Assembly: GCA_035556555.1 (NCBI GenBank)
Contig: DATMES010000053.1
Location: 3,418 to 67,417, forward strand
Direction of reading: 5' to 3'
Origin: Frankiaceae bacterium
GTDB taxonomy: Bacteria; Actinomycetota; Actinomycetes; BP-191
DNA length: 64,000 nt
Shown here piece after piece: positions 19,884 through 28,960 of the stretch. Numbering within the stretch: the first letter of the stretch is position 1; the number at the start of each line of letters is the position of its first letter. Under the pieces are notes generated by a model. It saw only the letters and a program-made list of their open reading frames with translations, made no database searches and was not told the origin of the DNA. The translations under genes and the position numbers were made by a program.

Positions 19884-20441
19884 CTACGGGGCGGTGACGG
19901 TCGCGACCCGCGCACCGAGCAGATCCAGGTAGCGGCTCTCCCGGTCGACGAGCGCGCGCATCACGACTCCCGACACGATGTCCGGCAGCCATAGCAGCGG
20001 TTCCTCACTGGGGCGGCAGAAGGCGTACCTGAGATTCCGCGAGATCCAGCCGGCACGCCCGGCGTGCGCGATCATCTGGGCGTCGGCCAGGTCCAGCGGG
20101 CGGTGCCGGCTCTCGAGCACGACGTACTCGATCCCGCGCCGTTCGACCTCCCACAGGAGCACGCGCAGGCAGCGCCGTCGGGCGCGCTCCTGCCGCGCGC
20201 CGTCGACCGGCGTCGAGGTCACAGCGACCGCATCGAGGCCGAGCGCGGCCACCACCCGGGTGACCGCCAGGCGGCTGGCGGGGCCCTCGTCGTGCCAGTG
20301 ATAGCGGCGCTGGCCGCGGCGGAGCGTCGAACGCAGCGCTGCCCGGACTTCGTCGGCGCGCGCGTCGGGGACCAGGACGGCGGCCAGGACGTACCGGCCC
20401 TCGCCGTCCAGGCGCAGCGACTCGTCGACGTACGCGATCAC
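19884..20441 (-). CDS. DUF3800-like protein
   Basis: The N-terminal VIAYVDES and C-terminal LWLPDIVSG resemble the DES ... D signature of DUF3800. The start is taken at in-frame GTG 20441, and the gene is divergent from the operon below. Confidence 0.5.
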   Translation of the reverse strand: MIAYVDESLRLDGEGRYVLAAVLVPDARADEVRAALRSTLRRGQRRYHWHDEGPASRLAVTRVVAALGLDAVAVTSTPVDGARQERARRRCLRVLLWEVERRGIEYVVLESRHRPLDLADAQMIAHAGRAGWISRNLRYAFCRPSEEPLLWLPDIVSGVVMRALVDRESRYLDLLGARVATVTAP

Positions 20442-20539
20442 TCGACGGATGTTCAGGGCGGAACCGGGAATCTGGCCAGGACGTTGTCCACAGGACACGC
20501 CCGGCGGTCCCCGAGTTCAGCAGTACGTCACGGAGCGGG

Positions 20540-20545
20540 TAGAAT
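20540..20545 (+). promoter_or_regulatory. candidate -10 box (TAGAAT) for the 20.6-29.0 kb operon
   Basis: This AT-rich hexamer in a GC-rich spacer lies 40 nt upstream of GTG 20585. A weak TTCAGC sits 18 nt further upstream. Confidence 0.3.
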
Positions 20546-20584
20546 CACCTCCGATCCCACGTCCTCAGCCAGGAAGGCTTTACC

Positions 20585-20755
20585 GTGTACGTCGATTCCG
20601 GCAGCGGCAGCATGATCATCTCGGCGGTCGTCGCCGGTGCGGCAGGGGCGGGTGTCGTCGCCAAGATGGGCATGCGACGCATCACCGGTGCGTTCAAGAA
20701 GGACAAGGGCGCCCCCGAGATCACCGCGCCGACCACCGACACCGAGCGCCAGTAG
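20585..20755 (+). CDS. 56-aa single-pass membrane protein
   Basis: It falls below the ORF-track cutoff. GTG is preceded by AGGAAGG. The sequence is VYVDSGSGSMIISAVVAGAAGAGVVAKMGMRRITGAFKKDKGAPEITAPTTDTERQ. 50 of 56 codons end in G/C, and the stop overlaps the next start (TAGTG). Confidence 0.55.
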   Translation: MYVDSGSGSMIISAVVAGAAGAGVVAKMGMRRITGAFKKDKGAPEITAPTTDTERQ

Positions 20756-22185
20756 TGCCCGCGGCCAACACGCCGCGCACCGACGTCGACCCGGGCTCGT
20801 TCCGGGACCCCTCCAGCACCGTGTTCTACGCGGGCGGGGACGTGCTGCGCGGACTCAGCGAGGAAGCCGCCGCCGACTGGGCGGCGATGTCGAAGGCGCC
20901 GTTCTTCGCGAAGGCGATGGAGTCGGGCAAGGTCGTCAGGACCGAGGCCCTGACCGCCGCCGAGGCGAAGAAGGTCACGCCGAAGGGCCGCACCTGGCCG
21001 GTCGTGCTCAAGCACGAGCCGATCCCGTTCATCTCGTACGCCTACGAGTGGACGTTCAGCCAGCTGCAGGACGCCGCGCTGCTGCACCTCGACCTGCTCT
21101 CCGACGCGCTCGACGCCGGCCTGTCCATGAAGGACGGCTACGTCTACAACGTGCAGTTCCACGGCGCGCGGCCGACGTTCATCGACACCCCGTCGTTCGA
21201 ACGCAGCGCGGGCGGCCCATGGCCGGGCTACCGGCAGTTCTGCCGCACGTTCCTCTTCCCGCTGATGCTCACGGCGTACAAGGACGTGTCGTTCCGGCCA
21301 TTCCTGCGCGGCCAGGTCGACGGCATCGACCCGAAGCAGATGCGCAACATCATGTCGAGCCCGCTGGACGTGCTGAAGGGCGGCGTCGTCAAGAACGTCC
21401 TCCTGCACAGCATGGTCGAGCAGCGGTCGAGCGGCGCCAAGGGCTCGCGCGCGGTCGGCGAGGAGCTCAAGGAGGCCGGCTTCTCCACGGAGGTCACCAA
21501 GGCCGCCGTGAAGAGCCTGCGCAAGCTCGTCGCCGGCATGAAGTGGGACACAGGCGACACGGTCTGGAAGGACTACCGCAAGGTCAACTCGTACTCCGAC
21601 GAGGACACCGCGACGAAGCAGACGTTCGTCGACTCGGCGCTCTCGGGGCACGGGCACGGCCTGGTGTGGGACCTCGGGGCCAACGACGGCGCGTTCTCCC
21701 GCATCGCGGCCCGCCACGCCGACTACGTCGTCGCGGCCGACTTCGACGAGGGCGCGATCGAGCCCCTCTACCGCCAGCTGCGCAGTGAGAAGAGCACCAA
21801 CATCCTGCCGCTGGTCGTCGACCTGCAGGACCCGTCGCCGGGCATCGGCTGGCGCAACACCGAGCGCCCCGCGTTCTACGACCGCAAGAAGCCCGACGTC
21901 ATCATGATGCTGGCGCTGCTGCACCACATCGCGATCAGCGGCAACGTCCCCCTGCCGCAGATCGTCGACTGGATGGCGTCGTTCGGGTCGCAGATCGTCG
22001 TCGAGTTCGTGCACACGGACGACGTGCAGACCAAGCGCCTGCTCGCGAACAAGCCCGAGGGCCTGTTCCCCGACTACCGCGTCGACGTCTTCGAGAAGCT
22101 GCTGGGCGAGAAGTTCAGCATCGAGAAGCAGGAAGTCCTCCCGGGCACGACGCGGACGATGTACCTGGTCACGCCACGTGGGTGA
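20755..22185 (+). CDS. two-domain class I SAM-dependent methyltransferase (N-terminal kinase-fold-like domain)
   Basis: In-frame GTG at 20755. The N-terminal half carries FRDPSS...PFISYAYEWTFSQLQDAAL...KDGYVYNVQF...PTFIDTPSFE. The C-terminal half carries VWDLGANDG (SAM motif I) ...AADFDE... Confidence 0.85.
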   Translation: MPAANTPRTDVDPGSFRDPSSTVFYAGGDVLRGLSEEAAADWAAMSKAPFFAKAMESGKVVRTEALTAAEAKKVTPKGRTWPVVLKHEPIPFISYAYEWTFSQLQDAALLHLDLLSDALDAGLSMKDGYVYNVQFHGARPTFIDTPSFERSAGGPWPGYRQFCRTFLFPLMLTAYKDVSFRPFLRGQVDGIDPKQMRNIMSSPLDVLKGGVVKNVLLHSMVEQRSSGAKGSRAVGEELKEAGFSTEVTKAAVKSLRKLVAGMKWDTGDTVWKDYRKVNSYSDEDTATKQTFVDSALSGHGHGLVWDLGANDGAFSRIAARHADYVVAADFDEGAIEPLYRQLRSEKSTNILPLVVDLQDPSPGIGWRNTERPAFYDRKKPDVIMMLALLHHIAISGNVPLPQIVDWMASFGSQIVVEFVHTDDVQTKRLLANKPEGLFPDYRVDVFEKLLGEKFSIEKQEVLPGTTRTMYLVTPRG

Positions 22186-24316
22186 AAGCCCCGCCCCGGA
22201 GTCCGGGGAGCCTTCGGCCGCGCGGACGAGCGCGGCCGGGGGCGCGGGGCCGTTCCGCCACCTCGCGGAGCTGCTGGCGCTGACGGCGTTCGCGATCGCC
22301 CAGCCGGTGCTCGACGTGACCGGCAGAGCGCCCGACTTCTTCCTCTACCGGCAGGCCAACCGCAACGAGATGCGGCTGTTCGTCGCGCTCGTCGTGCTGC
22401 TCCCGCCGCTGGCGCTGTGGGTCACCGAGCTGGTCGTGGGGCTGGTCTCGAGGAAGGCCGCGAGGTTCCTCCACCTCGCGTACGCCGGCATCCTCTTCGC
22501 CGCGATCGTCGTGCAGGTCGGCAAGAAGCTCGGCCTGTTCACCGGCATCCCGCTGGGCATCCTCGCGGTCCTCGCGGGGGCGGGCATCGCGCTGCTGCTC
22601 GGCGAGAAGCGCGGCTTCCGTCAAGCCGTGCTGTACGCCACCCCGGCGCCGCTGGTGTTCGCGCTGCTGTTCGTGTTCACGGCACCGGCGGGGGCGCTGG
22701 TCCGCGGCGCCGAGGTCGACCGTGGGCGCGGCCGCGTCATCGCCAACCGCCCGCCGGTGGTGTTCCTCTTCCTCGACGAGTTCCCGCTGCGCGCGCTGCT
22801 CGACGGCAAGGGGCAGATCGACGCCACGCTCTACCCCAACTTCGCGCGCCTGCAGAAGATCTCCAACTGGTACCCGAACGCCACCGGCGTCACCGGCTGG
22901 ACGCCGTTCGCGGCCCCGGCGATGCTGCGCGGCAAGTACCCCGAGAAGGCCGTCGCGGCGTCGTACATCCTCTATCCGGAGACGCTGTTCACGTTCCTCT
23001 CCGGGCAGTACGAGATGCGGGCGTACGAGACGATCGCCGAGCTCTGCCCGCCCGGCTTCTGCCACAGCGTGGCGGCGGGCCGCGAGGTCGGCATGCGCGC
23101 ACTGACGAAGGACACGGTCGACCTCACCGAAGAGCTGATGTCGCCGTACAAGTCGAAGAAGGCGACGACGGAGCAGTTCGTCGAGGACGGCGTCCAGGTC
23201 GCCAAGCAGGCCGGCGAGGGGAAGAAGCCGCCGGACGCGCAGGCGAGGTTCGGCGAGGTCGCCAAGAACCAGCCCAACCGCCTCGGCCCGTTCCTCGCCG
23301 ACCTCAAGCCGATGCCGCAGCCGAACCTCCACTTCATGCACCTGCTGCTGCCGCACTCGCCGTGGCACTACCTCCCCTCGGGCAACGAGTACCAGCGCTG
23401 GCCGCCGTCGTTCCCGCCGGAGAAGCCGGACCCGACGAAGCCGAAGCACACGACGCCGAGCGAGCCGCTGGACTCGCTGATCGCCAAGCAGCGGCTCCTG
23501 CTGCAGACGGCGTACCTGGACAACCAGATGGGCGTCATGCTCGACCGCATGGAGGAGACCGGCCTCCTCGACCAGGCGCTGCTCATCGTCACCGCCGACC
23601 ACGGCACCGGCATCGAGCCGCGCACCAAGGCGCGCCAGATGGACGACGCGAACCCCGCCGACCTCGCGTGGGTGCCGCTGTTCGTCAAGGAGCCCGGCCA
23701 GAAGACGGGCAGGACCGACGACCGCAACGCCATGCACGTCGACCTGCTCCCGACCATCGCCGACGTCCTCAACACCGAGGTGCCCTGGAAGATGGACGGC
23801 GTCTCGCTGCTCGGCCCGCCGCGGCAGGAGCAGCAGAAGGTCTGGTACGACGTGCCCGGCGTCCGCAAGACGATCGACCCGGCGAAGTGGCGCGACAAGG
23901 TGCGCCTCGGCTACGCCGCCGAGATCGCGAAGCCTGGACGCGAGGGGCTCTTCGCCGTCGGGCCGCACAAGGACCTCGTCGGCAAGAAGGTGTCGGAGCT
24001 GACCGTCGGCGCGCCGTCGCCGGCCACCGCCGACATGCACCAGATGGTCGAGTCGCTCGACGACGTCGACCCCGCGCGCGCGAGGGTGCCGGCGGCGCTG
24101 TTCGGCAGCCTGGACCGGCCGATGGGCACCGAGTCGACGTGGCTCGTGGCGAGCGTCAACGGCACCATCGCCGGCGCGATCGCGGCCGTGCCGTCGGACG
24201 GCACGTGGAAGTTCCTCGGCATGGTCAACGACAAGTACTTCACGAAGGGCAAGGCCGACATCGGCATCTGGTCGGTCGAGGGCTCGACGCTGCACCGGCT
24301 CAACCTGAAGCCATGA
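22178..24316 (+). CDS. membrane-anchored alkaline-phosphatase-superfamily (sulfatase/LtaS/EptA-like) protein, paralog A
   Basis: 712 aa. The N-terminal part is a polytopic region. Motifs FLFLDEFP, NATGVTGWTPFAAPAMLRG, LLPHSPW and TADHG are present. An unassigned C-terminal domain of about 200 aa follows. The start overlaps the methyltransferase gene end by 8 nt. Confidence 0.85.
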   Translation: MGESPAPESGEPSAARTSAAGGAGPFRHLAELLALTAFAIAQPVLDVTGRAPDFFLYRQANRNEMRLFVALVVLLPPLALWVTELVVGLVSRKAARFLHLAYAGILFAAIVVQVGKKLGLFTGIPLGILAVLAGAGIALLLGEKRGFRQAVLYATPAPLVFALLFVFTAPAGALVRGAEVDRGRGRVIANRPPVVFLFLDEFPLRALLDGKGQIDATLYPNFARLQKISNWYPNATGVTGWTPFAAPAMLRGKYPEKAVAASYILYPETLFTFLSGQYEMRAYETIAELCPPGFCHSVAAGREVGMRALTKDTVDLTEELMSPYKSKKATTEQFVEDGVQVAKQAGEGKKPPDAQARFGEVAKNQPNRLGPFLADLKPMPQPNLHFMHLLLPHSPWHYLPSGNEYQRWPPSFPPEKPDPTKPKHTTPSEPLDSLIAKQRLLLQTAYLDNQMGVMLDRMEETGLLDQALLIVTADHGTGIEPRTKARQMDDANPADLAWVPLFVKEPGQKTGRTDDRNAMHVDLLPTIADVLNTEVPWKMDGVSLLGPPRQEQQKVWYDVPGVRKTIDPAKWRDKVRLGYAAEIAKPGREGLFAVGPHKDLVGKKVSELTVGAPSPATADMHQMVESLDDVDPARARVPAALFGSLDRPMGTESTWLVASVNGTIAGAIAAVPSDGTWKFLGMVNDKYFTKGKADIGIWSVEGSTLHRLNLKP

Positions 24317-26451
24317 CCGACACGACGCCCCGCGAGCCCGCGACCGCTCCAGCGGATCGCCCCGCGACGACGCGCGCGCACTCGGACACCCGGCTGCGCC
24401 GGCTCGGCGAGCTGCTCGCGCTGACCGGCTTCGCGGTGGCCCAGCCGGTCCTCGACGTGACGGGCCGCAGCCCCGACTTCTTCCTGTTCCGCCGCCCGAC
24501 GACCGCGCAGCTCTGGGTGCTCATGGCGGTCGTCGTGGCTGTACCCCCGCTCCTGCTCTGGCTGGCCGAGGTGCTCGTGGGGCTGGTCAGCCGCGTCGCG
24601 GAACGCGCGCTGCACCTGGTGTTCACGTGCGGCCTGCTGACGGTGGTCGTCGTGCAGATCGGCAAGCAGAGCGGGCAGTACGGTCGCAAGCTCGCCGCCG
24701 TCGCGCTGCTCGCCGGGATCGTGCTGACGGTGCTGCTCGCGCGCAGCGAGAAGCTGCGCCAGGTCCTGCTGTACGCCTCCCCGGCGCCGCTCGTCTTCCT
24801 GCTCATCTTCGTGCTCACGGCACCCTCGGGAGCGCTGCTGCGCCCGGCGAAGGCGGGGGAGGGCGTCGCGGCGGGCGACACGAAGCGGCCGCCGGTGGTC
24901 GTGCTGTTCTTCGACGAGTTCCCGACCCGTTCGCTGCTCGACGCCAACGGCGCCATCGACAAGCGGCTCTTCCCGAACTTCGCCCGCCTCGCCGCCGCGA
25001 GCAACTGGTACCCGAACGCCACCGGCATGAGCGGCTACACGCCGTACGCCATCCCGTCGATGCTCACCGGCACGGCCCCGAAGAAGCGCCTCGCGCCGTC
25101 GTACGTCGAGTACTCCGACAACCTCTTCACGCTGCTCGGCGACGCCTACCAGGTGAGCGCGTACGAGTCGATCTCGCAGCTCTGCCCGCCGCGCGTCTGC
25201 GACTCCGTGCCCGCGGGCCGCGCCACGGGCCTCAAGCCGCTGCTGACGGACACCATCGACGTGGCGCAGGAGATCGTCTCGCCGCGCAAGCCGAAGGCGC
25301 GCGAGGGGGAGGAGTTCGCGGAGCAGCCGAACGAGAACCCCACGGCGCGCAAGGGCGAGCTCGACCCGACGTTCCGCATCAACGAGGGCAAGAAGAACCA
25401 GCCCGAGCGGATGACGTCGTTCCTCGACTCGATCGGGCGCGAGTCGGACAAGCCGACGCTGTCGTTCCTCCACATCCTGCTGCCGCACATCCCGTTCCGG
25501 TACCTGCCGTCGGGCGTGACGTACAAGGAGCACGGCTCGAACTTCGCACTCGGCCGCGCGAAGGAGGGCGACAAGTTCCGCCGCAACGAGCACGCCGGCG
25601 CGATGACTGTGACGCAGCAGCGGATGCTCCTGCAGCTCGCGTACACCGACGGCCTGGTCGGGCAGCTCATCGACTCGATGCAGCAGGAGGGCATCTGGGA
25701 CGAGGCGATGCTCGTCATCTCCGCCGACCACGGCGAGGGGTTCACGCCGGGCCAGAAGTCGCGGCTGCTCGACACGCAGAACGTCGCCGAGCTGGCGTAC
25801 GTCCCCATGTTCGTCAAGGCACCGGGTCAGACGACGGGCAAGGTCGACGAGCGCAACGCCATGAACGTCGACCTGCTCCCGACCATCGCCGACGCGCTGG
25901 ACATCGACCTGCCGTTCGAGGTCGACGGGGTCTCGCTGCTCGGGGCGCCGCGCAAGGACCTCGCGAAGCAGTGGTACGACAACCCCGGCGAGGCGCTGCC
26001 GATCGACGGCGCGAAGTGGGCGCCGGTCGTCCGCAAGGGCTTCGCGCACGAGATCGTGCGGCCCGAGCTCGGACCCGAGGGGCTGTTCGCGGTCGGCCCG
26101 CACAAGGCGCTGGTCGGCAAGAAGCTCTCCGAGCTCACCGTCGGCGCGAAGGCCGCCGCGGTCGCGAAGAGCGCGCCGTCGTTCGACGGCGTGGACCTGA
26201 AGTCCGGCTCGGTCCCCGCGCTGCTGTGGGGCGACCTCGACAAGCCCGTGGGCTCCGCGCCGGCGTGGCTCGTCGTGTCGGTCAACGGCACGGTCGCGGG
26301 CAGCGTCTTCGCCGCGCCGAGCAAGGCGACGGGCGCCTGGCACTTCGTCGGGATCGTGGCCGACGAGCACTTCGTCGACGGCCGCAACGACGTGCGGCTG
26401 CACACGGTCGAGGGGACGACCCTGCACCCACTGGACTGGGCAGGGTCGTGA
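24313..26451 (+). CDS. membrane-anchored alkaline-phosphatase-superfamily protein, paralog B
   Basis: The ATGA overlap joins it to paralog A. It has the same architecture and motifs (LFFDEFP, NATGMSGYTPYAIPSMLTG, LLPHIPF, SADHG). Confidence 0.85.
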   Translation: MTDTTPREPATAPADRPATTRAHSDTRLRRLGELLALTGFAVAQPVLDVTGRSPDFFLFRRPTTAQLWVLMAVVVAVPPLLLWLAEVLVGLVSRVAERALHLVFTCGLLTVVVVQIGKQSGQYGRKLAAVALLAGIVLTVLLARSEKLRQVLLYASPAPLVFLLIFVLTAPSGALLRPAKAGEGVAAGDTKRPPVVVLFFDEFPTRSLLDANGAIDKRLFPNFARLAAASNWYPNATGMSGYTPYAIPSMLTGTAPKKRLAPSYVEYSDNLFTLLGDAYQVSAYESISQLCPPRVCDSVPAGRATGLKPLLTDTIDVAQEIVSPRKPKAREGEEFAEQPNENPTARKGELDPTFRINEGKKNQPERMTSFLDSIGRESDKPTLSFLHILLPHIPFRYLPSGVTYKEHGSNFALGRAKEGDKFRRNEHAGAMTVTQQRMLLQLAYTDGLVGQLIDSMQQEGIWDEAMLVISADHGEGFTPGQKSRLLDTQNVAELAYVPMFVKAPGQTTGKVDERNAMNVDLLPTIADALDIDLPFEVDGVSLLGAPRKDLAKQWYDNPGEALPIDGAKWAPVVRKGFAHEIVRPELGPEGLFAVGPHKALVGKKLSELTVGAKAAAVAKSAPSFDGVDLKSGSVPALLWGDLDKPVGSAPAWLVVSVNGTVAGSVFAAPSKATGAWHFVGIVADEHFVDGRNDVRLHTVEGTTLHPLDWAGS

Positions 26452-28514
26452 GCGCCGCCGCGCCCGGCCGGCTGCGGCGGTTCGCGGAGCTGCTGGCGCT
26501 GACGGCGTTCGCGCTCGCGCAGCCGGTCCTCGACGTGACCGGTCGCAGCCCCGACTTCTTCCTGTTCCGGCAGCCGTCCGCGTGGGACGTACGCCTCCTG
26601 CTCCTGCTCGTCGTGCTCGGCCCGCCGGTGCTGCTGTGGCTCGTGGAGTCGGCGGTCGAGGCGGTCAGCGCGCACGCGGCGCACGTCCTCCACTGGGTGC
26701 TGCGCGCGGTGCTGTTCACCGTCATCGCGATCGTCGCGGGCAAGAAGCTGCTGCCGTTCGACGGGTTCTGGCTGACGCTCGTCGCGGCCGAGGCGGGAGC
26801 CGGTCTCGCGGTGCTCGCCGCGCGGTCGGCGGGGTTCCGGCAGGCGATCCTGTACGCCACCCCGGCGCCGCTGGTCTTCGCGCTTCTGTTCGTCATGACC
26901 TCGCCGTCGGGGGCACTGGTACGACCTCAGAGCGGGTCCGGCGCCGGCGGCGTGGCGGGCAGCAGGCCGCCCGTCGTCGTGCTGCTGCTGGACGAGTTCC
27001 CCGTGCGCTCGCTGCTCACCGACGAGGGCACGATCGACGAACGCCTCTTCCCGAACTTCGCGCGCCTCGCCAAGGCGAGCACGTGGTACCCCAACGCCAC
27101 CGGCGTCTCCGGATGGACCCCGTGGGCGGTCCCCGCGATGCTCACCGGCAACTACCCGGAGAAGGCCCGCGCGCCGCATTACGCGGCGTTCCCGGACAAC
27201 CTGTTCACGCTGCTGTCGGGCTCGTACGACGTGAAGGCGTTCGAGTCGATCGCGCAGCTCTGCCCGCCGCGCACCTGCTCCGACGTCGCGGCCGGGCGGC
27301 CGACCGGGCTCGGCCCGCTGCTCAAGGACACGGCGACCGTCGCGCGCGAGGTCGTGTCGCCGTACCCGGCGCCGGAACGCGTCGGCGACGAGTTCGCGGA
27401 GCAGGCGCCGGGCGAGGCGGAGCGGACCGACCCGCGGTTCCGCTTCGACGAGGCGAAGGTCAACCAGCCGGAGCGCTTCACGGCGTTCCTCGAGACGCTG
27501 AAGCCGGCGCCGCGCCCGAGCCTGTCGTTCCTCCACCTGCTGCTCCCGCACGGCACCCACAAGCTGCTGCCGTCGGGGCGCAAGTACGAGGTGGGGCCGT
27601 TCCAGCACGTGCTCCCGAAGGCGGTCGCGGGCAAGCCGCGCGTGCTGCCCGAGGACGCGAACCTCGCCGTCCTCGCGCGCCAGCGGATGCTGCTGCAGCT
27701 CGTCTACACCGACGGCCTGATCGGCCAGCTCCTCGACGAGATGGATCGGACGGGCCTGCTCGACGAGTCGCTGCTCGTCGTCACCGCGGACCACGGTGTG
27801 GGCTTCACGCCGGGCAGCTACTGGCGCTGGATCGACGACGGCAACACGGCGGATGCCGCGTGGGTGCCGCTGTTCGTCAAGCAGCCGGCCCAGCGCCAGG
27901 GCGGGGTCGACCTGCGCAACGCCGAGGGCGTGGACCTGCTGCCGACCGTCGCGGACGTGCTCGACGTGAAGGTGCCGTGGCGTACGGACGGCCGCTCGGT
28001 GCTGGGGGAGGCGCGGACGACGGCCGAGAAGCGCTGGTACGACGAGCCCGGCAAGGCCAAGACGGTCGACGCGGCGCGCTGGCTGCCGCAGGTGCGGACG
28101 GGGTTCGCGGACGACACCGGCAGGCCCGAGCTCGGCCCGAGCGGCCTGTTCGCGGTCGGCGGGGTGCGCGAGGCCTACGGCCGCAGGGTCCCGCCGCGCG
28201 TCGGCGCGCCGGCCGCGGCGAAGGTGACGCTCTCGCCCGACCTGCGCCTGAACGCCGTCGACCTCGAGTCGGGGACGGTCCCTGCGATGCTCTACGGGGA
28301 CATCGACCGCCCGGTCGCGTCGTCGTCGACGTGGCTCGCGGTCGCGGTCAACGGCACCATCGCCGGCGGCGTCGTCGCGCTGCCGGGGCTGCACGACGGC
28401 AAGTGGCGGTTCTACGGCGTCGTCGACGACCGGTTCTTCAGGGACGGCAGCAACGCCGTGACGTTCTACACGATGGAGGGCTCCGTGCTGCACCCGCTGG
28501 GACGTACGTCGTGA
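26448..28514 (+). CDS. membrane-anchored alkaline-phosphatase-superfamily protein, paralog C
   Basis: The GTGA overlap joins it to paralog B. It has the same architecture and motifs (LLLDEFP, NATGVSGWTPWAVPAMLTG, LLPHGTH, TADHG). Confidence 0.85.
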   Translation: MSAAAPGRLRRFAELLALTAFALAQPVLDVTGRSPDFFLFRQPSAWDVRLLLLLVVLGPPVLLWLVESAVEAVSAHAAHVLHWVLRAVLFTVIAIVAGKKLLPFDGFWLTLVAAEAGAGLAVLAARSAGFRQAILYATPAPLVFALLFVMTSPSGALVRPQSGSGAGGVAGSRPPVVVLLLDEFPVRSLLTDEGTIDERLFPNFARLAKASTWYPNATGVSGWTPWAVPAMLTGNYPEKARAPHYAAFPDNLFTLLSGSYDVKAFESIAQLCPPRTCSDVAAGRPTGLGPLLKDTATVAREVVSPYPAPERVGDEFAEQAPGEAERTDPRFRFDEAKVNQPERFTAFLETLKPAPRPSLSFLHLLLPHGTHKLLPSGRKYEVGPFQHVLPKAVAGKPRVLPEDANLAVLARQRMLLQLVYTDGLIGQLLDEMDRTGLLDESLLVVTADHGVGFTPGSYWRWIDDGNTADAAWVPLFVKQPAQRQGGVDLRNAEGVDLLPTVADVLDVKVPWRTDGRSVLGEARTTAEKRWYDEPGKAKTVDAARWLPQVRTGFADDTGRPELGPSGLFAVGGVREAYGRRVPPRVGAPAAAKVTLSPDLRLNAVDLESGTVPAMLYGDIDRPVASSSTWLAVAVNGTIAGGVVALPGLHDGKWRFYGVVDDRFFRDGSNAVTFYTMEGSVLHPLGRTS

Positions 28515-28960
28515 CGCGCGTCTACCTCGGCACCGACCACGCGGGCTACGAGGCCAAGGAGCGCCTCAAGGCGGTGCTCGCGGCCGACGGGCACGAGGTC
28601 GTCGACTGCGGGGCGCACGCGTACGACGCGGAGGACGACTACCCGGCGTTCTGCCTCGACGCCGCGCGGCGCGCGGTCACCGAGGGCGGCGTCGGCGTCG
28701 TGCTCGGCGGCAGCGGCAACGGCGAGCAGATCGCCGCCAACAAGGTCCCCGGCGTCCGCGCCGCTCTGTGCTGGTCGCGGGACATCGCGCGGCTCGCGCG
28801 CGAGCACAACGACGCCAACGTCTGCTCGCTACCTGGCCGTTTCGTCTCGGAGGAGGAGGCGGTGGAGATCGTGCGGGTGTTCCTCGCGACACCGTTCTCC
28901 GACGAGGAGCGGCACGTGCGGCGGATCGGCCAGATCAGCGCGTACGAGGCTGGTCGGTAG
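28511..28960 (+). CDS. rpiB: ribose-5-phosphate isomerase B
   Basis: The GTGA overlap joins it to paralog C. The RpiB/LacAB pattern is present (YLGTDHAGYE...VVLGGSGNGEQIAANK...RAALC). Confidence 0.9.
   Translation: MTRVYLGTDHAGYEAKERLKAVLAADGHEVVDCGAHAYDAEDDYPAFCLDAARRAVTEGGVGVVLGGSGNGEQIAANKVPGVRAALCWSRDIARLAREHNDANVCSLPGRFVSEEEAVEIVRVFLATPFSDEERHVRRIGQISAYEAGR

Noticed and set aside
22169-28493. Three long minus-strand ORFs (22169-24295, 23911-26427, 25827-28493) mirroring the paralog genes
   Set aside because: They are shadows of the plus-strand paralogs, and their apparent similarity to each other merely reflects the sense-strand paralogy. Their composition is Arg/Asp/Gly/Leu-biased and they have no starts with Shine-Dalgarno sequences.
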